Assembly: GCA_963662405.2 (NCBI GenBank)
Contig: CAXXKT010000001.1
Coordinates: 1,760,001 to 1,824,000 of the forward strand
Source of the DNA: Syntrophales bacterium
GTDB taxonomy: Bacteria; Desulfobacterota; Syntrophia; Syntrophales; UBA2210
Direction of reading: 5' to 3'
DNA length: 64,000 bases
Positions within the stretch are counted from its first letter, which is position 1. Each line of letters starts with the position of its first letter. Both the position numbers and the translations under genes were made by a program. The notes below the pieces were generated by a model, which was not told where the DNA came from, did not search any database, and worked only from the letters and a program-made list of their open reading frames with translations. Below are positions 61,286 to 64,000 of this stretch, piece by piece.

Positions 61286-61491
61286 TGAACATCAAAATGA
61301 TCATCAGTCTTGTCTTGGCTGGCCTGGCCGTGATTTTCATCATACAGAACGTTACGGTCGTCGAGGTACGGTTCCTCATCTGGACCCTGCCGATATCGCG
61401 AGCGCTCCTCATGTTCTTTACCCTGGCAATCGGGATCATCGTCGGGTGGACGCTCCACAGCATTTCACGATCCCGCCGGGACAACGAATAG
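61282..61491 (+). CDS. LapA/DUF1049-like small membrane protein
   Basis: IFIIQN...V.VRFL.W motif, two TMs. Confidence 0.75.
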   Translation: MMNIKMIISLVLAGLAVIFIIQNVTVVEVRFLIWTLPISRALLMFFTLAIGIIVGWTLHSISRSRRDNE

Positions 61492-61535
61492 GCAGGTTGT
61501 CATCCCATAACCGATAAAGCAGGGGAAAGATCACC

Positions 61536-62717
61536 ATGAAACAATCATCGTATGGAACGGTTGTCATCTTCATTGGATTGATTGTCCTTGTGGTTGGATT
61601 ATCGTTCCTTTCCGGAGAGATATGGAGCGAAAAGCCGGAAAAGCTGCCGAAGGCCGATGCCCTGGTCGTCGAAAAAGGAATGACCTTGGGGCAATTCGGC
61701 GAGGCGAACGGCCTGCCGAACCAGGTCTTGAAGGAGATATTCGGCCTGCAGACGAAATCCGATCTGGATAATACGCTGGAGCGGTACGGCACCCCGGAGC
61801 AGGTTTCGGCACTCGTGCTGAAGAAAATGGCGCTGGCCTCGGAGCACGCCTCCAAAAACTGGATCAAGATCCTGGTCAAGTTCTGTCTGTGGGTGGCCTT
61901 TCTGGTGTCTGTGTTCCTGATCACCAGGGGTCGAAAGGTGACCCCGCGGCTGAGGAAGGTGATGCTCCTCGCAGCCGTCCTGATCTTCGGTGTCGCCCTC
62001 GGCTCCGATCCCAGTCCGATGGGGACGGTCAAGGATGCCATTCATCTCTACGGCGTGGCGGGGGCAATCTTTCTCCCGCGAATGATCGCCCTGACGGTCT
62101 TTCTTGTGCTCGTATTCCTTGTGAACAAGTATATCTGCGCCTGGGGCTGTCAGGTGGGGACACTGCAGGACCTTATATTCCATCTGAACCGGACGGATAA
62201 ACTGAAGGCCGTTCTGGGGAGGCAGGTCAAGCTCCCCTTTGTCCTGACCAATACCATCCGAATCGTCTTTCTGGCCCTCTTTACAGTCGCCGCCTTCATG
62301 TGGGGGCTCGATTTGATAGAGCCCGTTGATCCCTTCAAGCTCTTCAGCCCGGGCCATGTGGCGCCGGCGGCGGGGATCTTCATCGGCGTACTCCTTGTGG
62401 CGTCCCTCTTCGTCTACCGTCCCTGGTGCCACCTCTTCTGTCCCTTCGGGCTGGTGGGGTGGCTGGTCGAAAAGATCAGCCGTGTCCGGGTGAGTGTCGA
62501 TTATGAGACGTGCATCGCCTGCCAGAAGTGCGCTGCCGCGTGCCCCTCGACGGTCATGGGGGCCATCCTGAGGCGTGATACGAAGACAATACCGGACTGT
62601 TTCGCTTGCTACACCTGCCGTGACGTGTGTCCCACCGGTTCGATACGATTCTCGGCGGAGAGGCTGACAATGCCGCCTGCCGGGCACTTTGATAAACCAG
62701 GCAAAAAAGAGGGTTAA
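61536..62717 (+). CDS. Membrane 4Fe-4S binding protein (NapH/YccM-like)
   Basis: CAWGCQ and CHLFCP motifs plus two CxxCxxCxxxCP clusters. Confidence 0.85.
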   Translation: MKQSSYGTVVIFIGLIVLVVGLSFLSGEIWSEKPEKLPKADALVVEKGMTLGQFGEANGLPNQVLKEIFGLQTKSDLDNTLERYGTPEQVSALVLKKMALASEHASKNWIKILVKFCLWVAFLVSVFLITRGRKVTPRLRKVMLLAAVLIFGVALGSDPSPMGTVKDAIHLYGVAGAIFLPRMIALTVFLVLVFLVNKYICAWGCQVGTLQDLIFHLNRTDKLKAVLGRQVKLPFVLTNTIRIVFLALFTVAAFMWGLDLIEPVDPFKLFSPGHVAPAAGIFIGVLLVASLFVYRPWCHLFCPFGLVGWLVEKISRVRVSVDYETCIACQKCAAACPSTVMGAILRRDTKTIPDCFACYTCRDVCPTGSIRFSAERLTMPPAGHFDKPGKKEG

Positions 62718-62858
62718 GGATATCATTGTTGGCAACGGACGAGAAACGGATGAAAAAACACGGAAAGGCGATCAACGATCCCTGCGGGCAGGGTATGCCG
62801 CGTAACGTGCTCGGTAAACCGGGATTCGCGGAGCGTATCCGGGGGAAGGAGTAAGAAG

Positions 62859-63713
62859 ATGGCTATCTATCCGGATACTGCCCTTGTGGTCGAGGGGGGC
62901 GCCATGCGGGGCGTCTTTTCCACGGGGCTCCTGGACGGTTTCCTGGAGCGGGGATTCGATCCGTTCGCCATGGGGGTTGGTGTCTCCGCCGGGGCGGGAA
63001 ACCTGGCCGCCTACCGGGCACGGATGCACGGCCGGAACCTCAGGATCTACACCGACTATTCCCTGCGTCCCGAATTTATGAATCTGGGGCGCTTCCTCCA
63101 CGGCGGCCATCTGATGGATCTTGACTGGCTGTGGCGGACCACCATCGCCGAGCTCCGTCTCGACCTGGACACCATCTACGCTGATCTCGGCAGGCCCTTG
63201 ATTGTCTGTCTCACCGATGTCGGCACGGGAGAGGCGGTCTACCGGAGGACCGAGGCCGCTGATCTTGAACCCCTTCTGAAGGCCTCCAGCGCCATGCCGA
63301 TCCTCTACCGCACATTTCCCCGGATCGACGGCCGTCCCATGGCCGATGGGGGGCTGGTGGATCCCCTCCCCGTGGGGGAGGCGATCCGCCGGGGAGCCCA
63401 TCGTATCATGGTGATCCGTTCCCGCCCCCGCGGCTACCAAAAAAAAGAGAACCTCCTCCAGCACATCCTGAACTGGCAGCTGCGTCGCTTTACACTCCTG
63501 AAACAGGCAATGGCGGGCCGCGTCAAGCGATATAATGAGATGGTTGATCTCATTCGCCGGCCCCCGCCGGGCGTATCGATTACCGAGATCTGTCCCCCCG
63601 ATGGATTCCGCTCGTCGCGCCTCAGCCGTGACCCCCGGATTCTCCACGAAGGATACGAGCAGGGGCGCGCCCTTGCCGATGAGGCTATCGCCGCGTGGGA
63701 ACGGAACTCTTGA
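62859..63713 (+). CDS. Patatin-like phospholipase
   Basis: EGGAMRG, GVSAG, ASSAMP, DGG. Confidence 0.9.
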   Translation: MAIYPDTALVVEGGAMRGVFSTGLLDGFLERGFDPFAMGVGVSAGAGNLAAYRARMHGRNLRIYTDYSLRPEFMNLGRFLHGGHLMDLDWLWRTTIAELRLDLDTIYADLGRPLIVCLTDVGTGEAVYRRTEAADLEPLLKASSAMPILYRTFPRIDGRPMADGGLVDPLPVGEAIRRGAHRIMVIRSRPRGYQKKENLLQHILNWQLRRFTLLKQAMAGRVKRYNEMVDLIRRPPPGVSITEICPPDGFRSSRLSRDPRILHEGYEQGRALADEAIAAWERNS

Positions 63714-63999
63714 ACCATCTCCGGTAGACAGCCGCCGCCAGGAGGTAGAGCATCAGGGCGGTGATGACCACCGACCGGAAACCCCAACCAATGGCGACAA
63801 GGACGGCCGCCGACGCCCCGATGACGGAGAGGAACCCGTTGATCCCCCACGCCCATGGGATGAGGGGGGCACTATTCCCCGTAAGACGGTCCAGACCGGC
63901 GGGGAAGGGGACCCCCATCGGGAGGGCAAGAGGGGCGATCATGAGGCTGCAGACCACCATGCGAGCCCCCAGCGGAAGGGCAAAGAGCATCCTCTTCAG
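63685..63999 (-). CDS. C-terminus of a membrane protein (spermidine-synthase-like membrane family), truncated by window edge
   Basis: PLALPMGVPFPAGL..WAWGINGFLSVIG; frame is open to window end. Confidence 0.65.
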   Translation of the reverse strand: MKRMLFALPLGARMVVCSLMIAPLALPMGVPFPAGLDRLTGNSAPLIPWAWGINGFLSVIGASAAVLVAIGWGFRSVVITALMLYLLAAAVYRRWFKSSVPTRR

Positions 64000-64000
64000 C

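Overview
Chromosomal window from a GC-rich bacterium. Gene content suggests an anaerobic deltaproteobacterium (Desulfobacterota/Syntrophales-like); this is an inference. Four blocks. (1) 1-20.3 kb: acyl-CoA/organic-acid uptake and metabolism, with a Liv-type ABC transporter, three family III CoA-transferases, two intact and one decayed substrate-binding protein paralogs, a NUDIX hydrolase, a frameshifted amidase, an amidohydrolase, an SDR, an acyl-CoA ligase alpha subunit and an MFS transporter. (2) 20.3-38.3 kb, the most interesting part: an 18-kb cell-surface locus containing phage-tail-like parts but no recognisable phage genes. It has a GNAT plus two tail-collar proteins, two giant secreted proteins (2515 and 1427 aa) sharing a near-identical 864-nt C-terminal cassette that ends in an IPTL-CTERM-like tail, a signal-peptide-bearing peptidase-S74 fibre protein whose nucleophile position is Cys, a PEP-CTERM protein, a PilZ protein and a CsgD/VpsT-like LuxR regulator. 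A TACG-based motif recurs in most of its intergenic regions. (3) 38.7-50.4 kb: mixed housekeeping genes (MFS, thioesterase, an esterase split by an in-frame TAG, USP, modABC, methyltransferase, NUDIX, budA, Na/Pi cotransporter). (4) 50.6-64 kb: a TolC/MFP/MacB-type exporter whose membrane-fusion protein carries an N-terminal PAS domain, divergent from an RsbV/RsbW/SBP/RsbU-like partner-switching operon, then K-channel, LapA-like, 4Fe-4S and patatin genes. No rRNA, tRNA, CRISPR array, integrase or transposase was recognised. All family assignments come from reading motifs by eye; no searches were run.
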